From: a virus
DNA length: 64,000 nucleotides
Virus record (IMG/VR): IMGVR_UViG_3300032242_000488
Location: 1 to 64,000 of that record
Strand: one strand, 5' to 3'
Under the pieces are notes generated by a model. It had not been told where the DNA came from and made no database searches. It worked only from the letters and a program-made list of their open reading frames with translations. How positions within the stretch are numbered: position 1 is the first letter of the stretch; each line of letters opens with the position of its first letter. Below, in pieces: positions 57,301-64,000 of this stretch. Position numbers and translations under genes: made by a program.

Positions 57301-60300
57301 CTTTAGTGATATTGGTACAGGTGGTTATAACCAATCTAACTATCCAAATAAAGTTTATGGTCCAGGTAAAGCAAAGAATCAAAAGAAAGAAGTTGCTGAA
57401 CGCGGTACAGGTCGTGTATTCTGGGTCGCTACTGACCAAGACGGATTCTTCCGTGTAGGTCGATTCTTTACAGTTGATCAAGGTACCGGTACTGTTACAT
57501 TTGCGGCTTCATTGGCACTGAGTAACTTGGACGGTCTTGGATTTAAACGTGGTCGTGCTATTAATGAATTCTCAGATGATGACACATTCCAAGATTTATC
57601 AGATACCAAAGTTCCAACAGAACATGCCATTGACGGTTATCTAAATCGTCGATTAGGTATTGATCGCAATAACATTGTTATCAGCGAAGGAACTCTAGGA
57701 GCAGGATTTTTAGATCGTAACGGTATTCTAGAAATGAATGCCAACTTGAGACTTGGTGGACATTATGTTGAGAACTTAGGTGAAATTACACCTACTACTC
57801 CGTTCAACTATGCAGTTACAAAACGCTATGTTGATGGTCAACAAATGTCTGACGCATCAGTGGATGTTGACGGACATGTTAATAATGATCTGTTAATATA
57901 CAACTATGATAGAGCAACACCGGCATGGGTCAATGCCAGGAGCTCAAGCCCTAATAGTCAAATATATGTTGAATTAATTGCTGATAAAGAACTTGACATT
58001 CGTGTTAAACGTGAAACTATCAGCAACAGTCAAGTTAGAGAAGATGCTAACATATCACAAAATAAAGTTGATATTAACGTGGCTAATGAGCAACGCGATC
58101 AAGGCGTACTACTGTCTAGTGTACAACTGACCAGCGGATATGTAGTAGCTACAGCAGATGCTCCTACAGGTAAATCTCCACATTGCTTGGTCAAATTATC
58201 TGTAAATGGTACACCTACTGCACTATCAACTAATATTTGGTATACCGTATCAGGAAACAGCAACCTAAACTACAATGGTAAGTTCCTATGTGTAAGTTCT
58301 AGTCCACGAGTTGGCGGGGCTAATGCGTATGTAATATTAGAATATCCTGAGAATCCAGGTGTGTTTGGTGGTTCTACTACTACTGTAACTCCTTGGGAAA
58401 CAACTGTTACCACACAATTAGACCACGGACTAGTTGCAGGAGATAATATTTTAATTACCGATTCAGTTGTAGCATCAGTTAGCCTATCTGCAACAGGTTC
58501 AATTAACAGCCGTCAACTAATACTAAGTTCGCAAAATAGTGGAATTGGTACTGGACAACTAGTTACAGGTATCGGTATTCCAGACAACACCTATGTAGTA
58601 TCAGTTGATCAGGCCAACGTTACATTGAGTGAAAAATTAACTAAAGCAGTCAATGGCGTTTGTGTATTTGCATCTAATATTAATGGCAATTGGTTGATTA
58701 AATCTGTTCCGTCTACTAATTCTTTTGTAATATCTCTTGATACAAGACTGTCAGGAGCATTTACATTAACTACTGCTCGAGCAACCAAACTGGGACTATC
58801 AACATTTAACAAAAATCAATTTGCAGTGACAAATGGTTTTGTATCGTTAGAAACAAGTTCTACTGATGCAGTGACAGCCGCAATCAATGCCAATAGTAAT
58901 ATAGTAACTATATCGAGCAGTGACATGGCTAAGGTCAGCGTTGGTCATGTGATTACTATTAGATCTAATGCTAGCCTAGTGACCATTCCAACAACTGCAT
59001 TGGCCAATCCAACAGGCATTGACAACGGTGTTCAACCACAGCCAATGACTGTAACTGCCATTACCAGTGCTACTACATTTACTGTATCGGTAGCATTTAG
59101 TGGATCTGGTTCAGCGGCTAGTGCTATACTGAATATTATTTCAGGTGTACCGTTATCAAGCCTACAACAAGTTGAAACAGACAGCATTATTGGTAATCTT
59201 AGCGGAAGTAGAACTAGTCCTAATACAGTAACTAGCGGACAAATTGTCAAAGCTGGTGACGGTATTAAGAACATACAGTTTAATGATGATTTATTAGCTG
59301 ACGTAAATGTACGCGGTATTATGAGTATTATCGCAAGAGACACTGTATACCCGCACAAGAATACATATGGCGTTTGGAACGTAACTAAAACAGGTGCTGG
59401 TAATAGTGTTGTTCGTACAACCAACGAAGGTGCAATTGAAGCTACTCAATATATCTTGGATGGTAAGAAAGCTATTGATACATCAAGTGGAGCCAACATT
59501 GACTTCTTTACACCAGGATTGGCCAAGTTCTTAACAGCCAACGGTAATGACAGTGTTGCGGCCGCTCCTACTATTTCAATTGGTACATTTACAACAGCAG
59601 TTAATACCAGTGCAACAAGTAACACCAACGGTGCAATTACTGTTGTGTCTATTGCTAACATGTACATTGGACAAGAGTTATCATTCAGTGGCACACCATT
59701 TGGTGGCATTAGTGTTGGAACATACTATATTGTTTCTATAAATTCAGGTTCTAACACAATAAGCATCAGCACAAGCGACACATTGTCTCCTGTGTTTACT
59801 GGAACTACTGCTAATGGTTCAATGACTGTAACTGGTACTATTACTAACCCAGGGGTACTAAACGGTCAGGTGTATGTGCCAAACTTAAAAGCATATGGTA
59901 CTGTAACATTTAATCCTATTAATGCCAACATCAGTTTACAGCCACGTTCAACAAACGGATCAACTGGTACTATCACCATGTTCCCTGCTGTTAACGGTAG
60001 TATCAATAATATGGCAATTGGTGCGCTTTCTGAATCAACTGGTAAGTTTACCACTGTTGAGATTACCAGCGTAACAGATGCTGTTAATTCTACAACTGGT
60101 CCGTTAAAAGTTGCAGGTGGCGCAGCCATTGCTAAGAAATTATTTGTAGGCGGAAACTTTGAAGTTACTGGAAATGCACTAGTAACAGGTGACCTAACTG
60201 TTAAGGGCGTAACAACTACTGTTAATTCAAATACAGTTAACATTGCTGATAAGAATATTGTACTTGCAGGCGTTACAACATCACCAAGAATCAGTTGTGA

Positions 60301-62485
60301 CATTGATTCCAGCGGTACTGTAACCAACATGCTTGCTGAAAACGGTCTAGCAATTACTGGTCTAATTCCAGGTATGGTTATTACTAAAGATGGCACTGTT
60401 GGCCCAACTAACAATGCTGTGCTTGGTACCGGTGGTGCTGTAGCAACTATTGCTACAATCATTAGTCCAACTAGTATTACTATTACAGTATCAGCAGGAT
60501 CTATTACAGCTGGCAAGTTGATCTTTACTGCCGCAGGTGGTAACGATACAACAGGTGATGGTGGTGGTATTACTGTCAAGGCTGCGGCTGATAAAACCAT
60601 AATATGGGTAGCCGCTACCAATCGTTGGACAACAAACGTTGGAATTGAAACTCCAAATATTACTGTTACCAATGGATTTGGTGCAGATACTGTTACTGCT
60701 AAAACATTGATCATTACTGATAACACAACATTGGGTAATGCAAATACTGACACTATTACCGTAAACAGTCAGTTTGTAAATGGTACACAATTAAAAACTG
60801 CACAGACTGCAGGTAACACATTAAACATATCTGCTTATGATACCAACGATACTGTATATAGAGATCTAATTAAAGTCACAGCTGGTGATACTCCATATGT
60901 AACTATTAACTCTAATGGCCTTGGCACAATTGATGGTATTGATATTGGTCAAACTAGTGAGAAGAAAGGTAAGTTTAGTATACTAGCCACTACTGATACT
61001 ACTACGTTTGGTGCCGCAGTAACAATGACCACTGCTAACAAGACAGTAACATTTAGCCCAACTGGTACTGGTACAGTGTCTGTTGAGCCGGCAGCGGCTC
61101 TAAGTTTAAAATCAACAGGTGCCGCAGTTACAATTACATCATATACCACAGGTAATATGGACGGTATAGCAATTGGTGTTAACAATGCCAAGGATGGTAC
61201 ATTTGCCAACTTGACCAGCACCGGTGCGGTACAGTTTACACGCAACGGTCAAGGTACAACTACAACTGACATAGCTCATACATTAAAAGTTACAGGTGGT
61301 GCAGGGTTTAGTGGAAACGTATATGCGGCCAAGTTCTACGGTGCATTTGAAGTGCCAGCAGGTAGTGGTACAATCAAGGGACAAATTGACGGTGCTGATC
61401 AAGTTAAGACTGTTACAGCAAGCGACGGTGCTGGTCCATATTATGTGGCATTTGTTAATAGTAATAACGGATCAGCCGCAAACTCAACTGTATACACTGA
61501 TGGTTCATTAAGCTATAATGCTAGTACCAATACACTAACCACTGATAACTTTGTAGGTACTGCAACTAAGGCAACAAACTTAACAGGCGGTAGTTTAGGT
61601 TCAATTCATTATCAGACGGCAGCTAGTACATCAGGGATACTAGCTCCAAATACCAGTACAACGCCTAAGTATTTAAAATCAACAGGCGATGGTGCAAACG
61701 GTACTGCACCATCTTGGACACAGATTGTGGCAGCTGATATTGGTGATTTTGCTACTGCTGTTGGTAGTTATATTGGCTCTGGAACAACAATTCAAGCTAA
61801 CGCGGCAACAGCCAGCAAGTGGGCCACTGCTCGCACAATTTCATTTACTGGAGGAGCCACCGGTAGTGTATCTATCGATGGTAGTGCTAACGTAAGTTGT
61901 CAGTTAACTCTAGGGGCGGCAGCGGCAGATACTGTAAAAATTACAGAAGAAGCCACAACTGGATTTACTAGATACTTGACATTTACCAGTCAAAACGTTA
62001 GCGGTCAACAAGGTAGTATGTCTGTTGATGGCGACTTAACTTACAAGCCAAGTACTAATACATTAACATCTACTTATTTTGCAGGTACTGCTAGCTCTGC
62101 CAATTACGGTGACTTGGCAGAAAAGTATCTAGCAGATGCAGAATATGAGGAAGGCACTGTGTTAGTGTTTGGCGGAGATGAAGAAGTAACTCAAAGCACA
62201 GTTTTTAATGATCGTAGAGTTGCTGGTGTTATATCTCTAAAAGCGGCATATACTATGAACAACGATTTGTCAGGCGATCACGTGGCTGTTGTTGCACTAC
62301 AAGGTCGTGTACCAGTTAAAGTAATTGGTCGTGTACAAAAAGGCGACATGCTAGTAACTAGTGGCAAACCAGGATATGCTATTGTTAATAACGACCCACG
62401 AGTTGGTACAGTTATTGGTAAAGCACTAGCAGTAAAAACAACAGACGGCGAAGGCGTTGTCGAAGCTGTTGTAGGTAAACATTAA
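48380..62485 (+). CDS. giant virion structural protein (baseplate/tail fibre-like, ~4700 aa)
   Basis: N-terminal IGVEGNDGTGDSIREGF (T4 gp9/gp10-type); C-terminal DLAEKY...GRVP domain; GGAG RBS, TAAATA at 48346. Confidence 0.8.
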   Translation: MARKIVDIGVEGNDGTGDSIREGFRKVNENFKEIYAVFGQEGTLAFLNLGDVEAGQLKNYSAIANQLPIVNSQGSGIKFKPMVGANGLTIAYPDDPADPNYNKIVLTQQRSTSELGSADIPGKFGNVVDGQGFLLGNIADPTQANVLNWNSGFGRSGQTVIGAEKFPVPLGFADNRYINKGTVAGEQADAMVGYLSVPAGASGDQVAQAAETVLKAGATMTGKLFLSDHPGDLAGAGNPLGVDDKQAATKYYVDTTAYSSKVNLYVSSNGDDSQVKTPPGKEGRAFAYAFQSLVAACLKAEQLIDDSPWETGPYRQLIAYGGGKYYSEIVSGGIIIGGGLNGTTRIKFNNDSGSPVDQGVANNKDIIPGKIVVGRNSGARGFIVKYGTIDNTDYVDLRDVTGSFETGENLFFDQAVKRLEISIFIESGTYYEDYPIRIPRNCSILGDEFRRTVIRPADRVSKSPWAGTWFYRDLEFDNLKIAETNWGYHYLTDPTNKASTPKNNKDIDVFLCNDATIIRQISAQGHGGFMMVLDPNGQILTKSPYCQQSGCFSGSLNKQAFRGGQYVDGQAGSMPVTTVSANFNQTEITVTDAFRVPQTPTAFFVKGKRYKVDTFTDNGLGYRGARELLLLNKEFIVAETIAYVNDVVTPTFVYDAIQFSIDVGKIVNAVAWDIVLDSNIQSILFAESYVTLPSQKSAILVALNYVKDSLSSLLSSNATAAARARAKMDIIIQIITYGVEDRTILDASSWSYDGTTISVTKSSGHGLGAGWSVKIVDATASTNAPNGVFNVASVVNDNTFTYVVTNAPTGTAGGTLRFTSSPIPIRSIPNPPVDPQALPATTAGIQNSLALLIANRELIKAEYIAYIQTYYSDFLFGTRGVVGYIRDADRIVNAVIYDTIYGGTSQTVLVARGFFDSEGKSTISTEVTQIYNGLEWIRDVAGQVVTDTQITNLLQVSVKQVRGTAGTSAIATSVQDNFNYIITAIRFGQDTLPAVAYPGIENVATTLQSAKSLIDINVNTIRSNTIAFINSKYLYNIYAAQRDIRFLIDDLAHDIVYTGNLNMVEHGLGYFVGDAKLVSDAERPRTLAILDYLKQLALYVVDNKDIPSPQLVNVGALVIGQTYKINTVGSTVWTALGSVDSVHNTVFTATATGLVTAGHFVVGRAYTIVSRGNPNNLTNFINIGSPSNSVGTAFIATGVGTGTGTAIQGTGNARLASGSDFYRRQFAISQTIQLVSSGAGPATIVPSLTWVNTNLVNAFQRLETDKTAIEAAIVTWINNNIAGNTNNPGSIWYGFSYNSGEFSKTVGAIIDVVGYDMMFNSNFRSSRFGIDYYTANLSSLSTSIAAFGYLKNYLLSTVTSASYGDTANTRVGDKMDIILSILATGSGAVPAYLLPSPTGFDIDYSNAKRLISDNKAFIVDEITTWIAAQIAGNITPFTTQFQYDATAFSNGVSRVIDAILYDLTYGGNLETIVAANANFVITDTALGTGQKDKSIAAYARLEEVIGKVAQAVTVLDKHTAILQTTAVSGGGLTTSVAFAQARVEDIIKQLNITKVDSKPQLESLVNTTRTMVANTEPSTYIAAKDLLVANRSFIQAEVYNYLKYTYTFPITQTTNNQLVTASTAKMRVGMPVQFLGTDPFQVTILTASTPLLVDGKYVVTFEFARQRVRPDSTKDYEIQGNANGLYNLIVPVAIVPDQATTDTTTTSITVVYPFNPGVFDYANQTTIRVSGGTFGGVNRDAKYYVKEIKSLTNFTISETINGSTPGALFSLDSDTGSMYCRFAFDEATCRRDTGFLVSNISTDILYGGRYNTIKAGKRFLAASSVLVVTEQSVECRAGISYIDTLAQTIINNQAPLVNYQSLNNVALIETVTQTIDTTKVGGSAAGTTITGLVALVNNIILNGKTWTNDTNNIPDAVVYPKYVLQLNEETPYSTTISGALPDEIVMQAAGNTSMLSNDWTQLNDLAYGLVATNNGLIETVSVFTYYCWTAYYSRNGGQIRSVAGSNANGEYGLVAEGSDPFEVPDSVNLSNDMPQVARVYKAGPFSAEMAKTKTTVYIDTYNYLPYNVSEIEINHGYTIVDGAVTGIGITRYEVAGVVDASGTYFSTAQPTAGTPTYNSGTGKYRVQFTFPAKTYIPDTGRYYTITGNANTAYNNNLTGWLCVASDTSHITLEFTSVNPGTFSTVTATTLKLKKGTILRLNLNTSGSNSTIASGLQADLADNQLVVIRPNQNFKFYNVDNISPTRPSTALTFRGDPLDNASAPVYRVLAFGTKDPLSDAMTLTFNTIYNASSASNVITVPSTVPLRAGMTLSIVSGTGSLSDTATVLAITSDTTFTVSPPPAVALVNATLQAESPTLNDVILTFDSGYSYIGLVIDQDHNTLTEAAAGIDGGSTTRTLGSQIGDQWLAIRKINSAGELQRILTGQMCFGWNGRVHRISNYLTRTISSTEGYGIIQINEVTDDASRGYQDISGYGYTGITAPTRPGEGYNVTTATYDSDAQLITYTISGLETAPNTARFTGAISAISPIGATGGTLTVSSISSGTMLIGSTITGITGTSVTAGTRITAQVTCSAASIYNSSATGTSGSYTLTLSAGSVNILNGQFVSGNAAIIDGLPANTYVTNVSGNTVTLSNALTKNFSATVYFYTAGLAGIYAVDKSQTVSSQAMGVHYTVYGNSNASYDIAGPILTSTYQSLTIAAAKATVVGTVSGLYLTVNYVSGNTIQLGQSVSGTGLNAGTYIVSQSSGTAGGAGVYLLNTVANIVTPTFTGAINNLSSGAGNVLTVSAVASGTILVGADIQKTAGSGVTAGTTITGQLTGVTAFTTTATGTQGTFILTVASVGTAPAGVIKGQLVTGSGIPNDTYVSDINLTGITLTRALTGNATGGTYTFATAGSTGTYSVDTSQLATSGEMKAVFIAIPGAFGSTSATRIFPTEKLYNPSLVQDNTITIRTGLSAGEPADIIVNISTCRVTGHDFSDIGTGGYNQSNYPNKVYGPGKAKNQKKEVAERGTGRVFWVATDQDGFFRVGRFFTVDQGTGTVTFAASLALSNLDGLGFKRGRAINEFSDDDTFQDLSDTKVPTEHAIDGYLNRRLGIDRNNIVISEGTLGAGFLDRNGILEMNANLRLGGHYVENLGEITPTTPFNYAVTKRYVDGQQMSDASVDVDGHVNNDLLIYNYDRATPAWVNARSSSPNSQIYVELIADKELDIRVKRETISNSQVREDANISQNKVDINVANEQRDQGVLLSSVQLTSGYVVATADAPTGKSPHCLVKLSVNGTPTALSTNIWYTVSGNSNLNYNGKFLCVSSSPRVGGANAYVILEYPENPGVFGGSTTTVTPWETTVTTQLDHGLVAGDNILITDSVVASVSLSATGSINSRQLILSSQNSGIGTGQLVTGIGIPDNTYVVSVDQANVTLSEKLTKAVNGVCVFASNINGNWLIKSVPSTNSFVISLDTRLSGAFTLTTARATKLGLSTFNKNQFAVTNGFVSLETSSTDAVTAAINANSNIVTISSSDMAKVSVGHVITIRSNASLVTIPTTALANPTGIDNGVQPQPMTVTAITSATTFTVSVAFSGSGSAASAILNIISGVPLSSLQQVETDSIIGNLSGSRTSPNTVTSGQIVKAGDGIKNIQFNDDLLADVNVRGIMSIIARDTVYPHKNTYGVWNVTKTGAGNSVVRTTNEGAIEATQYILDGKKAIDTSSGANIDFFTPGLAKFLTANGNDSVAAAPTISIGTFTTAVNTSATSNTNGAITVVSIANMYIGQELSFSGTPFGGISVGTYYIVSINSGSNTISISTSDTLSPVFTGTTANGSMTVTGTITNPGVLNGQVYVPNLKAYGTVTFNPINANISLQPRSTNGSTGTITMFPAVNGSINNMAIGALSESTGKFTTVEITSVTDAVNSTTGPLKVAGGAAIAKKLFVGGNFEVTGNALVTGDLTVKGVTTTVNSNTVNIADKNIVLAGVTTSPRISCDIDSSGTVTNMLAENGLAITGLIPGMVITKDGTVGPTNNAVLGTGGAVATIATIISPTSITITVSAGSITAGKLIFTAAGGNDTTGDGGGITVKAAADKTIIWVAATNRWTTNVGIETPNITVTNGFGADTVTAKTLIITDNTTLGNANTDTITVNSQFVNGTQLKTAQTAGNTLNISAYDTNDTVYRDLIKVTAGDTPYVTINSNGLGTIDGIDIGQTSEKKGKFSILATTDTTTFGAAVTMTTANKTVTFSPTGTGTVSVEPAAALSLKSTGAAVTITSYTTGNMDGIAIGVNNAKDGTFANLTSTGAVQFTRNGQGTTTTDIAHTLKVTGGAGFSGNVYAAKFYGAFEVPAGSGTIKGQIDGADQVKTVTASDGAGPYYVAFVNSNNGSAANSTVYTDGSLSYNASTNTLTTDNFVGTATKATNLTGGSLGSIHYQTAASTSGILAPNTSTTPKYLKSTGDGANGTAPSWTQIVAADIGDFATAVGSYIGSGTTIQANAATASKWATARTISFTGGATGSVSIDGSANVSCQLTLGAAAADTVKITEEATTGFTRYLTFTSQNVSGQQGSMSVDGDLTYKPSTNTLTSTYFAGTASSANYGDLAEKYLADAEYEEGTVLVFGGDEEVTQSTVFNDRRVAGVISLKAAYTMNNDLSGDHVAVVALQGRVPVKVIGRVQKGDMLVTSGKPGYAIVNNDPRVGTVIGKALAVKTTDGEGVVEAVVGKH

Positions 62486-62497
62486 AAGGAAACAACT

Positions 62498-63292
62498 ATG
62501 TCAGTTCCATTTGAAATCCAAGACAATCTTGTCAACGTTGGCGTAGTTGCCAACGACGGTACAGGTGATGATCTTAGAAATGCATTTTTAAAAATTAACG
62601 GAAACTTCCTATACTTAGGTAATAGATTAGGAACAGATCCTAGTGGAACTAACTTAGGATCCACCGGCGAGTCAGTGTTTAAAGAAGTTGTAGATTTTCA
62701 ATATCGATTTAGAAAGATCGATGCTGATGGCAACCTGCATGTTAGACTCGTAGGCGATGTTATTACCTTAGAGTTCAAACCAAATAGTGCTGTTGATTTT
62801 CACGGCCAGGCTATTACTAATGCTAGTGCCGTAACTGCTACAAGTTTTACCGGTAATCTAAGTGGTAATGTAACGGGTAATGTAAGCGGTAATGCTCACA
62901 CAGTGGATAACGGTGTTTACACAACCGGTGATCAAACAATTGGTGGAGTTAAAACATTTAACTCTAGAATAAACGGTGATATTAACGGAAATGCACATAC
63001 AGTAGATGACGGAGTTTACACCCGGGGAAATCAGAACATAGATGGTTTTAAAACTTTCCTCCAACCTATAGCAGGACTATTATCAGGCAATGTAACAGGA
63101 TTTATTAGAAGTCCAGGCCAAACTGCTTACGTGGATGTAAGCAACTTAGAAAGACGAATAAATACATTTGACTACGGAGTTATCAATCCAGTGTTTGTGG
63201 ATCCTATAAGCTACTATTTGTACGCAGTAGGAACTGATATGGGCACATTCAATAACCCTAGCGAATTTAGCATAGACGCTGGAACTATATAA
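62498..63292 (+). CDS. baseplate/tail-associated protein
   Basis: NVGVVANDGTGDDLRNAF; two GNAHTVDxGVYT repeats. Confidence 0.7.
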   Translation: MSVPFEIQDNLVNVGVVANDGTGDDLRNAFLKINGNFLYLGNRLGTDPSGTNLGSTGESVFKEVVDFQYRFRKIDADGNLHVRLVGDVITLEFKPNSAVDFHGQAITNASAVTATSFTGNLSGNVTGNVSGNAHTVDNGVYTTGDQTIGGVKTFNSRINGDINGNAHTVDDGVYTRGNQNIDGFKTFLQPIAGLLSGNVTGFIRSPGQTAYVDVSNLERRINTFDYGVINPVFVDPISYYLYAVGTDMGTFNNPSEFSIDAGTI

Positions 63293-63303
63293 CGGAGAAT
63301 ATA

Positions 63304-64000
63304 ATGGCATTACAAATTAGACGCGGACCAACAGCAGACAGAACAAGCAAAGTATTTGCTGAGGGCGAATTAGTTTACGACACGCAAGAAAAAGCAGTAT
63401 ACATCGGCGACGGTACTACTTCTGGTGGTAAGGCAGCATCATCTTATACTGACGAGCGAGCAGTTGATGCAGTAGGTGCGGCACTGGTTGCTGGTACTGG
63501 TAATGTTGTTTTCACCTATGGAACAACACAAGATAATGCCAATAGAATAGATGCAACTGTTACTTTAGACGGCATCGGTCTTACTGCAATTAATCAAGAC
63601 ACAAGTCCACAGCTTGGCGGTAATTTAAGTTTAAATAGTCACAATATTACAGGTACAGGTAGCATTAATATTACCGGTGATGCTACTGCTACTAACTTCT
63701 ACGGTGAACTACACGGTAATGCGGCTACTGTTACTAACGGTATCTATGCTGGACAGAAGTTTCATATTGGTACTACAGAAATTGATATTGGCAGAGTATC
63801 TGCAACACAAACATTAACTGGCACAAATATTGATGGTAACGCCGGTGGAAACGCAGCCACTGCAACTAAATTGGCAGCTACTAAAAACATCAACGGTGTA
63901 GCATTTGACGGTAGTGCCGATGTTACAGTAATAACACAAGGCACAGGAGTTACTGTTAGCGGAAGCACTATTAGTATTGGTCAAGCTGTTGCTACCACTA
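63304..64000 (+). CDS. tail fibre-like protein (runs off window end)
   Basis: MALQIRRGPTADRTSKVFAEGELVYDT...IGDG N-terminal motif; GGAG RBS. Confidence 0.7.
   Translation, partial: MALQIRRGPTADRTSKVFAEGELVYDTQEKAVYIGDGTTSGGKAASSYTDERAVDAVGAALVAGTGNVVFTYGTTQDNANRIDATVTLDGIGLTAINQDTSPQLGGNLSLNSHNITGTGSINITGDATATNFYGELHGNAATVTNGIYAGQKFHIGTTEIDIGRVSATQTLTGTNIDGNAGGNAATATKLAATKNINGVAFDGSADVTVITQGTGVTVSGSTISIGQAVATT

Noticed and set aside
35129-61245. Many minus-strand ORFs (e.g. 41321-42016, 59866-60753) inside the giant genes
   Set aside because: Shadow ORFs caused by the codon bias of Thr/Ser/Gly-rich proteins

Overview
This is a 64-kb segment of a large, AT-rich tailed phage genome of the T4-like/jumbo type, in the standard genetic code. 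Consensus sigma70 promoters (TTGACA-N17-TATAAT) and TAAATA late-type motifs occur throughout. From left to right it holds redox/tailoring genes (rubrerythrin, rubredoxin, SGNH, P450), a ~10-kb RNA island (3.4-14.4 kb) with 40 tRNA or tRNA-like genes covering all 20 amino acids, and a DUF2828/TROVE(Ro60)-like vWA gene. These are followed by nucleic-acid metabolism and host-takeover genes (phosphoesterases, kinase, exonuclease, infA, ligase, clpP, queD, uvsE) and two giant paralogous virion proteins. The most interesting signal is a candidate tRNA-protection (anti-anticodon-nuclease) system with three parts. (i) A 49-codon leader ORF that uses all 20 amino acids and 37 different codons overlaps an antiterminator/terminator pair directly in front of the tRNA array, suggesting a general tRNA-starvation attenuator. 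(ii) Seven copies of an unannotated small-RNA scaffold (closing stem TAGGAT.../...ATCCTG plus invariant ACAGCAA) are present, and three display tRNA anticodon stem-loops (Glu-UUC, Ser-UGA, Lys-UUU). (iii) Three of these RNAs are co-transcribed with the Ro60-like gene, suggesting a Y-RNA-like RNP. All annotation was done by eye and no database searches were run.
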